The notes under the pieces are model-generated. The model did not search any database, had not been told where the DNA came from, and was given only the letters and a program-made list of their open reading frames with translations. From NCBI RefSeq assembly GCF_963921235.1, contig NC_086108.1, positions 28,274,001 to 28,338,000 on the forward strand: 64,000 nucleotides of DNA. Reading direction: 5' to 3'. This document shows positions 63,601 to 64,000 of the stretch, piece after piece. This stretch comes from Mobula hypostoma. Lineage: Eukaryota. The first letter of the stretch is position 1. Every line of letters starts with the position of its first letter. The translations under genes and the position numbers were made by a program.

Positions 63601-64000
63601 TAAGAATCTATCTCAGAGCTCAAAGCAGTGTTGAAAGACAAATCGGGGCAGTAAACCACAGATGTGGGGAATAGTCATACATTTGCCAGTTAGACTTTGA
63701 GTGCAGGAAAAGAGGGAAAAGGGGGAAAGAGGTTTTTGAAGGGGACTTCTTCCTGGAAACTGTGACTGGAGTCCTGGTATCTGAAGGCTATAGGAATGGA
63801 GGAGCTGACAGAGATAGAAATTGAAATTGTTTGCTCTCTAACTCCTCCTTTCTGTGTTCTGTATGCCCAGCTCCTGCCCTATTCACTACATAGGTACTAT
63901 CCTGAGTGCGCCCGAGGCCTGATGCGTTGCCCTCTCGCACCAAGCTTTGTCCCTCCCCTTTATAATCTACTTATGTTGTTCCAGCTGTTCAAGAGAGCTC

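Larger units (their letters stand above)
58940..64000. promoter_or_regulatory. TE-poor, CpG-enriched putative promoter / first-intron region of the LIM-homeobox gene
   Basis: By eye, recognisable repeats almost disappear and CG dinucleotides rise relative to the rest of the window; the region surrounds the candidate exon. Confidence 0.55.

Overview
Repeat-dense vertebrate genomic DNA, most likely from a cartilaginous fish (probably a ray; inferred from the repeat families, not verified). Genes on the + strand: (i) the large terminal exon of QSOX1 (23440-24260), preceded by at least 23 kb of intron, and (ii) after about 36 kb of intergenic DNA, a 103-nt candidate first coding exon (60524-60626) that resembles the LHX3b-specific N-terminus but sits where LHX4 is expected (QSOX1-LHX4 synteny). 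The rest is a deeply nested mix of CR1, Rex1/Babar-like, Tx1-like and CR1/L2-group LINE fragments, tRNA-derived SINEs, a decayed DD34E Tc1 transposon, several MITEs, two solo LTRs and a 30-bp minisatellite. There are also many short Penelope-like pieces carrying minimal hammerhead ribozyme motifs, three of them complete fold-back insertions with 13-16 bp TSDs. TE-poor, TAAT-rich islands and the CpG-richer last 5 kb look like the regulatory landscape of a LIM-homeobox gene. Most repeat boundaries are approximate, and all family assignments are by eye, without database searches.
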